64,000 bases of DNA from Marsupella aquatica (Eukaryota > Plantae > Marchantiophyta): assembly GCA_973895155.1 (NCBI GenBank), contig OZ316896.1, positions 20,572,754 to 20,636,753 on the forward strand. The letters run 5' to 3'. A program made the translations under genes and the position numbers. The stretch's first letter is position 1; the number at the start of each line of letters is the position of its first letter. Below the pieces are notes generated by a model that had not been told where the DNA came from, searched no databases, and saw only the letters and a program-made list of their open reading frames with translations. Positions 12,206 to 24,033 of this stretch are shown piece by piece.

Positions 12206-15200
12206 ATGGCAATGGCAATGGCTATGGCATTGCAGCAGCAGCAGCCGATGCTGCTGGGACTGCAGGAGTGCTGCAGCAGCAGCAGCAGCAGCAGCAGCAG
12301 GGGGAGGATGGATGTTGCTCAGGTGTCATCGTCAGGCAGAGCATTGAATGGAATTGGTGGGAGGGTGCTGAGGACGACGATCCGAGCCCAGCAGAGGCTC
12401 GTCAGGAAGACACTGCCGCTGCAAGTCACGGCTGCCACCAGCAATGTCGAAACCTCCACTTCTTCCTCCAGCTCTGCGGGTAGCAAAGAGATCATCCCGG
12501 ACACTGAAATCACCATCACGAAGGTGCGTTTGGTACCAGCGAGGAGTGTTGAATTGGGTACCTTGTCCTGCTTTGTTGTTTGGCTCGGGTCCCAGATGCC
12601 AAATGGGGCATCCAACTCATGAATTAGTCACAGAATTTACTCCCTGAGCTCTTTGGAAACATCCTCAGACGGTGGTTAAGACACTCAACCCTCCATTTCA
12701 GTCCTTGTTGAAAGCTACCTTTGATGTTTCGGAACAATTACTTTGCTTCCTCAGTGGTTTTTGACAGGCCTGGGTCGTTGTAAAATTCTTCCCTTCTAAT
12801 TTCAAGGACAACCAATTCTGTGGTTGCGGAAAGATTTGATCTTTCATTTGGAGCTTCCGTTCATGTTTTGAGCAGAATTGGTTTGAATCCACGGTTGTCA
12901 TTGAAAGTTTAGCTTCTATCAGTGTTTTCATGTGGTGAACAGAATCAATTCGACTACCATCTCTTATATGCACGTTAAGTGCCAGATTTCTTGACGTTTG
13001 GCGGAATTAGGTTGAGGACTTGGTCTGAAATTGGTGGGTAGAGAGTTGGCTCAACGCACGAGTCTCCTGGTGTTAATAACGACGTTAGCATTTACCCCGT
13101 CTATTTGAACTGAACTGAACTGAACTGAACTGAACTGAACTGAACATTAATTTTCGAGCCTGCTACACCGCCCTTTCTTATACTTCCGCTGTCGTAATGC
13201 ATTTCCATGAGGTGAAGGTACTGAAATTCGACTTACTGAAATACTTTGTCTCCCCACTTGTTTTGTTTTCTTCATGAGTGCAGACATCTTTCGGCACTAT
13301 CGGCCTCACCGTCGGCATCGGATTGCTTTCGTGAGTACTCTTAGCGAATGTCCATTTTGCTCTCAGGTTTTCGGTCGGCGGCGTTGATTTTGAAGGTTTT
13401 CGGAGATAATACGGGGTTGATTGATTTGGGACTCTTGGATCCAGGTATGGATTCGGAGCCTACTTCACAGTTTTGCCGGGCTCTGAGATTTCAGCTCTCA
13501 TGCTTACTTATGGCTTCCCCTTAACCATTATCGGCATGGCTCTGAAGGTACGACCTTCTGCGATACAAGTTGATTTGTCGAGAAGAGGCAGAGTAAGAAC
13601 GATTGAGCTGGATTTCAAATGGTGTTCAATTTTGATAGTATGATGCTACAAGATCTTCTAGCTCATTGTCGAGGATGGTTATTAGTCTCATCAGTTGCAG
13701 TATGCTTGCGCTGATCTAGTCAGACTTCGAAAAGATAACCGTGGTTGGGATAAGTGTTAATTGACGCTGGAGAGTGGAGTACTGGATGCGTTTTTGCAGT
13801 ATGCAGAGTTGAAGCCTGTACCCTGTCTAACTTATGCGGATGCTTTTGGTCTCCGTGAAAGTCAAGCAACCGAGATCTTAACCCAGGTATGGCTCTCTGC
13901 TTGCATCTGAATGGGTGATAGGTTGAAGCTGGCATGGCCAAGGCAGACACATGAGAGGCCGAAACTGAGTTGAGTACAATTTTGCTGCTGGAAAGTTTTG
14001 GAGATGTAAAAGTATTGTACGGAGATTCATCTTGCGATACGAACGGTGATTCGTGCTGATCTTTGTCTTTGTAGGTGAGAAATGATGTCACAAGGTATCG
14101 ATACGGAGATGAACAACATCTTGATGAGGCCCTGAAGAGGATTTTCCGATATGGCCTGGTAAATTTCTTCATCCGAAAGCTGTTAGATTAGCTTCCCAGA
14201 TGAGCATTGATTCTAGACTCACCGATTTCTTGAAGTTGAGGTGGGAGTTGACGAGAATATTAACCTTTGTAGTCTGCAGACAGTGTCAGAGGAAAACAGT
14301 AAGGCCATTTGGGTCCAGTTTCTTTCAATTTGACAGAGTTTTAGCTCGGGCCTCCTTGTTTGAGAGAAGTTCTGCTTTTGCAGGGTGGAGGCATTCAAAG
14401 ACGGAACGCCCCAAAACTTCAATCTATTCGTGAAGAGGTGAGCTCTAATCGTCTAGGTCTCTTATCAGGGTTACATGTCCATTCCTGACGCACAGGAATG
14501 CTACATTATAAAAGCTCTTTCATCAGCTACATTCGCAGGTAGCGACTGATGAGCATTAGAGAAGAATTGTACGCTTAATCAGGCTTGAGGTGGCTATTAA
14601 AGGCACCTCTTACCGCTTCGGTGGGATCTCTTTACTTTAAGTATTACCAGGATTACTTTCAGGATCGTGTGGAATCTCTTCACCTTTTTGATGGACTTGG
14701 TGGACCGACGATGACAGTGCAGGTGTCTGGGGATGAGAAATATACATTAGTGCTTGTGTTTGAAGCAAAAGCTTTGAAGATGGACGATTTCAAACAGCGA
14801 CAGGTAGTACCGATAGTCAAATCCTCTTGTATCTCTGTTTTAAGAGCTTACAGGTGTCCTGTTGAATTCCTTAGTCAAGATCATTGTCTAACAAGTTTGG
14901 AAAGTACGAACTGCTAAATTACAATGCCTGTCTTTATCCTGCAGACTAAGTTTACCTCATTTTTTGGACCAGGGATCACAGCAAACATCTGTAAGCTATA
15001 CTTTCACTGATCATTCAAAGGTGTCATACCGTATGTTCTAGCCAGTAATTGAGGTTGAGTTTTACTGACTCCCAAAACATTTTCGCTTCTCAGCCAAGCT
15101 TGAAATTTGGGTCTTCGTGAACATTTTTATGCCTTGTCTTCTGTGATAAGGAAGATTAGCAAGCACAGACCACAGACCAGAGATCTGTATACTATAATCC

Positions 15201-15315
15201 TGACCTGAGGTGTTGGGCATGTCGTCTTGCAGCAGCAGGGAGTGGAACAGACATCTATGAGGTTGCCCTAGTTGCTGATGGTGGTCCACAAGCCGCAACG
15301 CCAGCTGCGTCCTGA
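12206..15315 (+). CDS. APE1: Thylakoid membrane protein APE1 / slr0575-like (DUF2854), plastid-targeted
   Basis: Exons 12206-12523, 13284-13330, 13445-13547, 13800-13886, 14075-14158, 14384-14437, 14723-14803, 14945-14990, 15233-15315. All GT-AG, 903 nt, 300 aa. Ser/Ala/Arg-rich transit peptide, two hydrophobic segments, motifs TYGFPLTIIGMALKYAELKPVP, VRNDVTRYRYGDEQHLDEALKRIF, KFTSFFGPGI. Confidence 0.92.
12274..12300 (+). repeat. (CAG)9 repeat encoding poly-Ser in the APE1 transit peptide
   Basis: Read directly; translated in the AGC frame. Confidence 0.9.
13106..13145. repeat. (TGAAC)8 microsatellite in APE1 intron 1
   Basis: Eight perfect units. Confidence 0.95.
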
Positions 15316-16559
15316 AAGCAGCAGAGATCACTCACCACCAGCTCTCCAACCCGTGCCTTTCCTCACCAACAGTCGGCTGGTTGTTGCGACGAACAGAGCA
15401 ATTTGATGAAAAGAGTACTATGTCTATGTCGGTCGATTGATGTAAATGCCGTCATTTTCGGTGCAAAATGATTCACCCGTGCGCTCGGCATCATCCTGTG
15501 ATGGGTTGTTGAGCTGGACACAGATTGGTCCAAGAATCTGAAGCTCGACGTACTTTTGCATGAGGTAGGAATTGGTAACCTAGGAACGAAATTCGTGTTC
15601 CATATTTGCCAACTGCAACAGATGGGCACGGATTTGCAGAAGTTTGATGTCTCACGCTTTTATTCGTTTCGTACACAGAATCAGTAAGGTTTTGTTTGTT
15701 CTTTTACTTCCTTAGTGTCACTTGTAATCGTATGAAGATTGCTCTTTGTAATTGGGACTCTCCAAAATTAATGGTTGGACAGTACCTCTGATTTTTATTT
15801 GGTGTAAGGGATGTTTCGTCTTTATAATTTGGCTGCTTCTGATCGTCCTAATATTGCTGGAACCTGCCGCATTATCAAACAGAAGGCAAAGTAATTGACC
15901 AAAATCGAGCCGGCTATCACAGTTTCAAAAAGCTACCCTACAAACGTGATCAACTTAGAGGAGAGGTGGACGCAAAATCTTAAAGAGTCGTCCACTGAAA
16001 TGCGGGGACCACAATAGTCAACTACACCACTTACATTTCAATAATACGCAACATTGGTTTCCCAGACGGAATCTCTTGATTGCCGTGGTAAACAGCGATG
16101 ATGCACGTCTAAAGAACAATGCTGAACGTGAGATATACAACCGCACTTCAAGAAGTTGGGGTAAAAGGCTCCTAAGCCCAACACGCTGGAGTTGTCATAC
16201 CAATATGCGCACTGCAAATTTATGTAATGTCCTCTCAACATCCAGTGTAAGTCTTCTCCACGAGCTGGTTGTAATTAAGTAACCTAAAGTACCATTCTAT
16301 CTCAGCTCGTTAGACCACAGGATGAGCCTCTAAGCCTCCGACTAGTTTACACACAACATCGTCATCCGACTGATAACCACGGATGTATCGAAATGCACAA
16401 GAAAAGCAGGCCAAGCTGAGAAGTAATTTATCGGTAGACTTCCACAGCGAACGTCTCGTTTGTAAACCACATCGTCTCGTTTGTATTCCACTTCGAAAGC
16501 ATCATCAAAAAGAAGTGACGTAAACGACCAATGAACTATTTCTGTCAAACGGGAAACGA

Positions 16560-16860
16560 AAAAGTACTGAAAAGGGGGGAAGGATAAAAATTGACGGACT
16601 TACGAGAATAGACGAAAGTGTAATGGGTCTCGAAGATTTGCATCGGGGAACGGAGCTACGAAAGTGTAACGGGTCTCGAAGATTTGCATCGGGGAACGGA
16701 GCTAGTCTGTAAAACAAACTGACGGATTTACGCGAAAGAATACACGAAAATTGTGATGGGTCTCGCGAGCTAGTCTAAAAAACAAACTGGCGGATTTACG
16801 CGAAAGAATAGACGAAAATTGTGATGGGTCTCGAAGTTTGGCATCGGGAACGGAGCTAGT
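16560..16860. repeat. Local tandem expansion of gggtctcgaagatttgcatcggggaacggagcta / aaactgacggatttacgcgaaagaata units
   Basis: Three to four partial copies here versus two in the paralogous region 34950-35105. Confidence 0.75.
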
Positions 16861-18980
16861 TGATATTGTCAAAGTCCTTCCTTCAATGCCGAGCCCTCTG
16901 GGCCTTCGTTCTCATCTACCTACAGTAGTCGAGCAGGTTCACAGTTGCAACGTTGGGCTATCCTCCGTAGTCTCAACAATACGAGTAAAATCTTTACACT
17001 AGCTGGAAGTAAGTCACCTTCAGCATCATTCTATCTCAGCCCCTATCAGACCATAGGATGACTACGTCTAAACCTACGCACGTTCATTAGTTTGCAGGAT
17101 GCAACGTGGACAGCGACTCGCGATGGTGCTGGATGAAGGTTGAAAAGAACGCGCAAAGCAGACATAAAAACAATACTGCGGTAGTGCATAGTAGGTGGAC
17201 GGGTGGAGTGACCTCTAGAGGAGCCGATTCGGCCCAGCCTTCGTTCACTGTGAAATATGAGATCGACGACGATAATCACCATCCCGTGCGCACTGTGGCA
17301 TAAATTTACAGCTTCCCTAGCTCGGGAAAGTAAAGTCTTGAATGAATAGGTTATGTCGATTGACGACGGAAGTCGATGGAAGACGACCTTCCCAGAGATT
17401 AAGCTACAAAGAGTACCGTTTCAGATTGAGATCTCGTTAGAGGACCTTTACAGGAGCTGCGAATCCCCGTCCTGTAGCCGAGTTCTGTGGGTTTCAATCA
17501 CAAGGTTCTTAGGTCGAAATACAGAGGCTCTAAATTGTTCGTCAATCTTAATAAGCCAAGCTCTTGAGCAGTCCGTAGAGATCCTTGACACATTGGCTAG
17601 AACGCTGCAGGGTTGTCACACCTTTCTTATCTGTTTTCTCCGCAGTAGGAAATGGATGTCCAGGCCCGTACCCAGGAGAGAGCACAAAGGGTGTGTGTAC
17701 TTAATAACGCTTACAAATTGGGGCAGAATCTGAAAGTGAATGGAGGCAAGTGCATGTTTTATTCTTTTCACTTCCCTTTGAGTCTTTCTGTTCAACAGTT
17801 TGCTCCAGAGCTGAGTCCTGCAAGTTCAAATCTGAAACCGACACGCACAATGCCGAATAAGTCCTCACTTGTGTATTCTTAAGTTTCTCTTGACTGAGTA
17901 TTTTTGGTAGATTTTGTGGGTTGAGGCAGTCACGATCAAGTGCAGCTGTTGTTAAGAGAGAGCAAACTTGGTGTCACGCCATTATGTGCACCGCAAATTT
18001 ACATGATTTCGTCTCAACAACCCGTGCAAAGACTTCTCAAAGAGCTTGAAGTAAGTCACGTACAGCAGCATTCTATTCCAGCTCCTTAGACCATAGGACG
18101 ACGAAAAGTAGCCTTGTGAGCTCCCAAAATCGAAGGAACCCGCAAAGCAGCCAATAAAATAAATCTGGAAACGTTTACACCACGGCGGTTCCTTCGGGGT
18201 CTGTCCACGGAAATCGTCAAAGTGAGAACAGACAGACGCCGTTACCTTCGGTTGTCTCTCACTAGCAGCATCCGCCCGTCAAACTATCGACCCGGCTCGA
18301 CCACGGATTGGGTAAGGGAAGAGAGAGTCTTGCCCTGCTTTGATTCTATCTGTTCTCGATACTTCTGCGCCGTTCGGTATTCTCTGCTTTGATCGCTGAC
18401 GGGTTCGATCACGGTGCGAAGTGCCGGGGCTCTGGTCCTGACACAACTTGGTCGAGGTGTGGTAGGTCTGCAAGGTGATGGAGAGCTCGCTTGGGGAGAG
18501 CTCGCTTGGGGAGAGGACCTTACGGATGCAGAAAGCTACGGATGATTTAATCAAAGCTGCCGTCAGATCAACCACATGTCATATGTCCTATGACTTACTG
18601 TAGGTTTTCCTCGCAAGGGTTGTTCTTCTCATCGAGGACTTTCAGCGGTGTTTCCTTCGCATCGAGCCTTTGAGCAAATCGAAATGTTCGGCCGACTTTT
18701 CGGGGAGGGCTCCTCGTCGCATCTGGACAAGCCTCTGGTTCTAAGAGAAGGAAAACAGTTCATCAGGTGGGGTTCACAATTCAAACTCCTCATCTCGGTC
18801 TTTGTGAAGATCTGCATTGTTTGCTCCTTTATTTTGCCTTGCCTCAAAGCCCGTTTGTCTCCCATTCTACTCCCTCGATTGTAAATTGTAACATAGTTAG
18901 AGAATCACGATCACTTCAATCCTCGATGGCTTGTCTTCGCATTTGTCCACACAGTGGAGATCCCGTGTGGAGAAGCCCAA

Positions 18981-21900
18981 ATGAGTACAGTAATGACCCG
19001 TTTTTGTGTTACGAATTGGTCGTCTCAGGTGAACGAATCTCTGTACGAATTTCACAGACCAGAATGCCCTCCCAACATGCAGATTGTATTCTTCCATGGG
19101 ATCCACTCGGGGAACTCCACGGATGCCCATTTAGATCCGTGGAAAAGCAAGGACGGCACGTTTTGGCCTCAGAGATGGTTGGCTGAGGCATTCCCCAACG
19201 CTCACATATTTGCTGCGGCTTACAGTGGGGGAGTAGGGAAGAGCTCATATGAGAGCTTTGACTTGTATGTTATTGCCGAGAATCTGTTGCTTGATATGAT
19301 GGAGAAAGAAATTGGGCAATTGCTCCATTGCCCTGTTGTACTGGTTGGCTACTGCTTCGGTGGCATTGTAATCAAGCAGTTGTGTTTGCAAGCAACCAAG
19401 CTGAACAGGAGCTCGACAAAGGGCAAGACTTTCCTAAACAGCATAAGAGGGATCTTTTACTACGGTATCCCTCACGACGGGTTCCCATTTGTATCCCAAC
19501 AAGTAGACCTTCTCCGGAGTCCGTTGTCGTCTTACTTGAAAAACCTGAGCACAGAAGCAAAAAGATTGAAGTACGAGTTCGATCACCTACGTGGAATTCA
19601 TGGGAATTGGGGAATTCATAATATTGGTGAAAGTCTCCCCACAAAATCGGTACAGATCTACTGCTTAATTACTTTTTCTATTATGTAAGAGAGTGCTGGT
19701 TCTTGCAATTAATTCGAAGATTGTGTTGTTTACATTCAGTCGGTTGCTCTAGTAGAGATGCCCTGTCTAGTAGCTCTTCAATAACTTAGTCATTTCTGAT
19801 GTCTGGCGGCTCCGTTGCGTCCGGATACGCTGTGACCGACTCGCACTCTGGATTCTTTACCAGTTTTGATCACAGTCCAGAGAGTCAACCACTTTAGTCC
19901 CTAAGACTATTAAGTCTCTTGCTTGTATGGACGACCTTCAGTCAAGTTCGGTCATTGCTAGATCTAGAGCTGCTGACATGGGTCCTGCTAGGTCTAGAGA
20001 GCTGACGGGATCCATGTGGTCACTGAACGAGGAAGAATCCGCCCTCTTTAGCTGTTTACCGAAGGCTCCTCATCAAAGAATTGCTTACTCACAAGAGAAA
20101 TTCCTTGCCTTCTTCCCTGTCTTCGCACTTGACAACTAGCATTTCGGGAGACGATCAGTTCAGTCTGGCTGAGAATGTTTTAGATTTAGATTAGATTAGA
20201 TTGTGTGAAAATTCGATCACAGTTTTCAGGAAAGCAAAATCTGGAGCTTTTGATAGTCGATAGAATTCTCTACCTGTGCAAAATCCTAATGTTGAATCTC
20301 GACTCGGACCTTCTCGGGATAGAGATTGGCTTCTGTTAGAGATATGACGAAAGCGCATGCTTGGTGGCTGTGCAGAATTTGTTTCCAAATGTTGTGGCAG
20401 TACCAGAGGCGTCGTCCAGAGACGGAGAGTGTTTCAATATCGTAAAAGCAATCCATATTTCAATCTCAAAACCTGTGAGTAAAATAGACAGAAGGTTCTC
20501 TGCCTTGAAGAACCTCCTTCACGACGTTGCCACAACCTCTCAGGTAAAAGGCGGGATCCTCCCTGGGTGAAGCAGTTTGTCATATTTCCGTGATGATTTG
20601 ACACATCATGTAATCGTGAGTTGTGCACTTTGTTACGGGTCTTTGTCAAGGTTAACTTTTATTTTCTTCCAAAATTCAAGAAATCTTGACGACTTCAATT
20701 CTTGGAAATGTAGGAGGAATCAAGAGAAGGAAAAGAAACCTCTGTGCAAGGTGCTCGCCCTCAAAACTTCCAGCGTCTACCCCAGCACATGACTGACATG
20801 CAGGTTGAAGAGGAAGCGATCATAAGCAAGCTTGAAACTGTGACAACACTAGGCTTGGTTGGCATGGGAGGACTAGGGAAAACTACCCTTGCAAAGGCGG
20901 TCTTCAACATATTGAGCCCCAAGTTTGATTATAGTTGCTTTGTTTCAGACGTGAAACTTATTAGAGGGAGGGAGGATGATGTGAAGGAAGAGTTGTGGAA
21001 ATGTTTGCATTTCCAAGGCAAGAAGGTTGGAGGAGAACGCAATTTGTCTATCTTGAGGGGTAAACAATTGCTACTGGCTTTGGATGACGTCTCTGATCGT
21101 GATATTAATGTTTTACTTGACTTAGCTGAAGATACAGATCCAGCAAGCCGCTTCATTTGGACGTCTCGTGAGCGTGACATTTTGAAGGTCGTAGGCGCAA
21201 TTCACGAGGTCCATTTCTTGGCTGAGAACCATGCTAAATTGTTATTCATGAAGCACGCGTTTCCTGAATCGACAATGCCAAATATGCAATTAGAAAGTCT
21301 CATTGGAGACGTTGTCAGGAAATGCGATGGGCTCCCTCTAGCCCTAGAAGTTGTGGGAAAGTACCTACAGGGGAAAGAGAAGCAGGAGGTCTGGAAAGAC
21401 ACTCTAAGTGTGTTACAAAGAGCAGAAAAGGTGAAAAACTTGAACGAGAGATTATGGGCGAAGTTGAGGCTGAGTTTTGACAGCCTTGGAGAGAAGGAGC
21501 AGGAGATGTTTTTGGATGCCACAAACTTCTTTTGCGGTCACTGGATATGGGGATTGGGTGAAGCCAAAATGGCATGGAGAGCAATTTATGGAGAGGGGAT
21601 TGAGCTACTGTGGCAAACCTTGGTAGAGATGTCTCTTGTCTATGATGTGGGAGAGGATGACAGTATCAAGGTGCATGAGCAACTCCAAAGTGTTGGAAGA
21701 ATGATTGCATCTGAGCCTGAGCACAACGGCAAGTACCAGGTTTGGAGGTGCAATACAGACGGGGAAGTTGAGTTGCTTGGAACATCAGATGCATCGCATG
21801 GAAAGGTATTTAATTATAACATCCTAGTTTGCAATTCACATCCATTAGCCAAGATTCCAAGTAACATATGCAAAAGTTTACATTTGAACTGGGTCAGTTT

Positions 21901-23652
21901 TTGGCAAAGGGTTCTATTGAAGTGAGAATGAGTGTCATGTGCGGCTCTTTTTCTTCATTTCTTTGGGGCCCCCAGTCATGTAAGGTGGGTGCAAGCACCT
22001 CCGATGGAAAAACGCGAACCTAGGCAGCATCTGGCAGACGTGTTTGGGTGATTCAATAAATCTGAGGAGACACAGAAGGCAAGTTTGTTTCAATTGCTGA
22101 TCCATCTTGACCCAAAAGTTGCGGTATTTTTAACATAAAGGTTCTTTTCATTTGGAATTGTAGGAAGTTCGTGCCCTGCAGGTCCACCTTGAGCTTATTC
22201 CACCCTATAGGTTCTTGGAGTTTCCTAATATTCTTGGAGGGGTTATCCGGGTCCATAGTTCAAGGATGGGTTTACATAATCCGAGGAAGTTGCGGTTCTT
22301 GGAATTCGACAGAGAGATTGAGATTGTTGGAGCGACGAACGATACATCGCTACCAACCCAGCTTGTCTTGCTGAGCTGTTCTGGTCAGGTTCTCTTCAAC
22401 CCTGCCCTCCAAAAAGATCTGGTTGGTCTGAAACTATGGGGCATGGAGGACGTGCCGACTTCTATTGGGCAGCTCTCCAAATTAGGCCATCTTCAAATAA
22501 TATTGAATGGCGCAAGATGCCATTCCCTACCCAGATCCTTCGGGGAACTCGGCTCGTTGCGACACCTTAGATGGGTATCTTGTGAGGGCTTGCAAAGCTT
22601 GCCTGAGTCATTCGGGCAACTCAGCGCGTTGCGACACCTTAGATTGGTATCGTGTGAGGGCTTGCAAAGCTTGCCTGAGTCATTCGGGCAACTCAGCGCT
22701 TTGCGAGACCTTACATTCCGTGGATGTCCTGATTTGGAAAGCTTGCCTGTCCTTCGGGCAACTCAGCACTTCGCGACACCTTCGATTCTCTGAGTGCGGG
22801 TCACTCAGAAGCTTGTGTGAGTCATTTGGACAACTGAGGGCGTTAGAGCACCTTATATTCGGAGGGTGTGATTCGTTGGGACGCTTGCCTGAATCCTTCG
22901 GGCAACTCTCTGCCTTAAACCATCTTGAATTCAGATGTTGCAACAGCTTGAAACTCCTCCCTCAATCTTTCGGACAAGTCTCCAGGCTAGAACATCTTTC
23001 ATTTCGGTCCTGCCGAATACAATCTCTGCCCAAATCTTTTTGGCAACTCTCCGCTCTAACCCGTCTTTCTTTCAAGAAATGCCCAATACAATTTCTGCCC
23101 GAATCTTTTGGGCAGCTCTCCGCCCTAACCTCTCTTTTTTTCGATGAATGCCCAATAAAATCTCTGCCCGAAAGTGTCGGACAACTCTCCAGCTTAGAAC
23201 GTCTTTCAGTCTTGTCCTGCCCGATAGAATGTCTGCCCGAATCTTTTGGGCAGCTCTCCGCCCTAACCTCCCTTGTATTCGCTGCTTCGCGCTTTGGCTC
23301 ATGGACTCTGCCAAACATATCAACTCTACGGAATCTCCGATATCTGCAATTATGGAATTATTCTGTCACGACCATTCCGGACTGCGTCAGGAGCTTGAAG
23401 TCATTGCGCTGTGTAGAGATCATTAGGGCAAAACCTATTGTCGACTGGCCCCAATGGTTGGTGCCCAGTCAAAACGTGGAGGTTTCCAATCACCAGGGAC
23501 TGACAGACATCTACCAAATTTTCCAAGTGCGTGATGGAATTCTTTTCCTAATCGAGGAGGGTCCAGGAAGGTATAACTATTGGCAGGACCCCGATGGGTT
23601 CTTCCATGCAGATTATCTCAAGACGGACATATCCAAGCTTCTGGACCTTTGA
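18981..23652 (+). pseudogene. NLR-A: alpha/beta-hydrolase-NB-ARC-LRR (HNL-type) with a 2-bp frameshift in the LRR (truncated allele or pseudogene)
   Basis: Exons 18981-19649, 20376-20543, 20714-21805, 22164-23652, all phase 0. Hydrolase motifs IVFFHGI, FWPQRWLAEAFPNAHI, VLVGYCFGGIVIK, FYYGIPHDG, and H-x4-KP in exon 2. NB-ARC motifs: P-loop GMGGLGKTT, Walker B LLALDDV, RNBS-B SRFIWTSR, CDGLPLAL, MHD-like VHE. 23-24-aa LRRs. After 22749 'ag' is missing relative to the paralog (cctgagtcc), giving a stop at 22793. Start codon uncertain (18981 or 18993). Confidence 0.85.
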
Positions 23653-23669
23653 CTTGTCAATGGAAATTA

Positions 23670-24033
23670 GGGCCAACTCGCATGTCGACACTCCTTCACA
23701 ATGCGGCCCTTACCTCATGCGCCACTTCAGGGAAAAGTGTGATCTGCTATACCAATCAGAGAAACCAGTACAAAGTCATCGTTGATCGTTCTGTCAGCGA
23801 CAGTCCAGGACGTGCTATGTATAGAAGCTTGAGGTTTGTTTTATTAGCAAAGTAGAGGTCAGGACCTGCTAGGGCCGGAAAGTTTCCGGACCTTGCCATT
23901 GGGTCCCCACCAGACCTGCAGTCAGGCCTGCCAAAGGAGGGGCTTACGGGATTGCACAATTATCAAGTCTCATCACGACATGTTGCAGTCTAAGGGCCGC
24001 ATTGTGAAGGACTCTCGACATGCGAGTGGGCTC
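23670..24033. mobile_element. 364-bp PIF/Harbinger-type (Tourist-like) MITE
   Basis: 43-bp TIRs matching at 39/43, TTA target duplication (23667-23669 and 24034-24036). The paralog has an empty site with a single TTA at 41576-41578. Confidence 0.92.

Noticed and set aside
12268-12483. Poly-Gln ORF from the CAG run
   Set aside because: Alternative frame of APE1 exon 1; the spliced gene reads the run as poly-Ser.
18684-18766. Upstream coding exon for NLR-A (MFGRLFGEG...)
   Set aside because: Its donor is phase 2, but joining the hydrolase frame at the 18954 acceptor needs phase 1, and that frame has a stop. At most a uORF or 5'-UTR exon.
19722-20134. Solo LTR in NLR-A intron 1
   Set aside because: LTR-like composition and TG/CA candidates, but no matching TSD.
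22507-22749. N-terminal part of the 381-aa ORF (MAQDAIPYPDPSGNSARC...) as a separate protein
   Set aside because: Off-frame reading of LRR repeats upstream of the 2-bp deletion.
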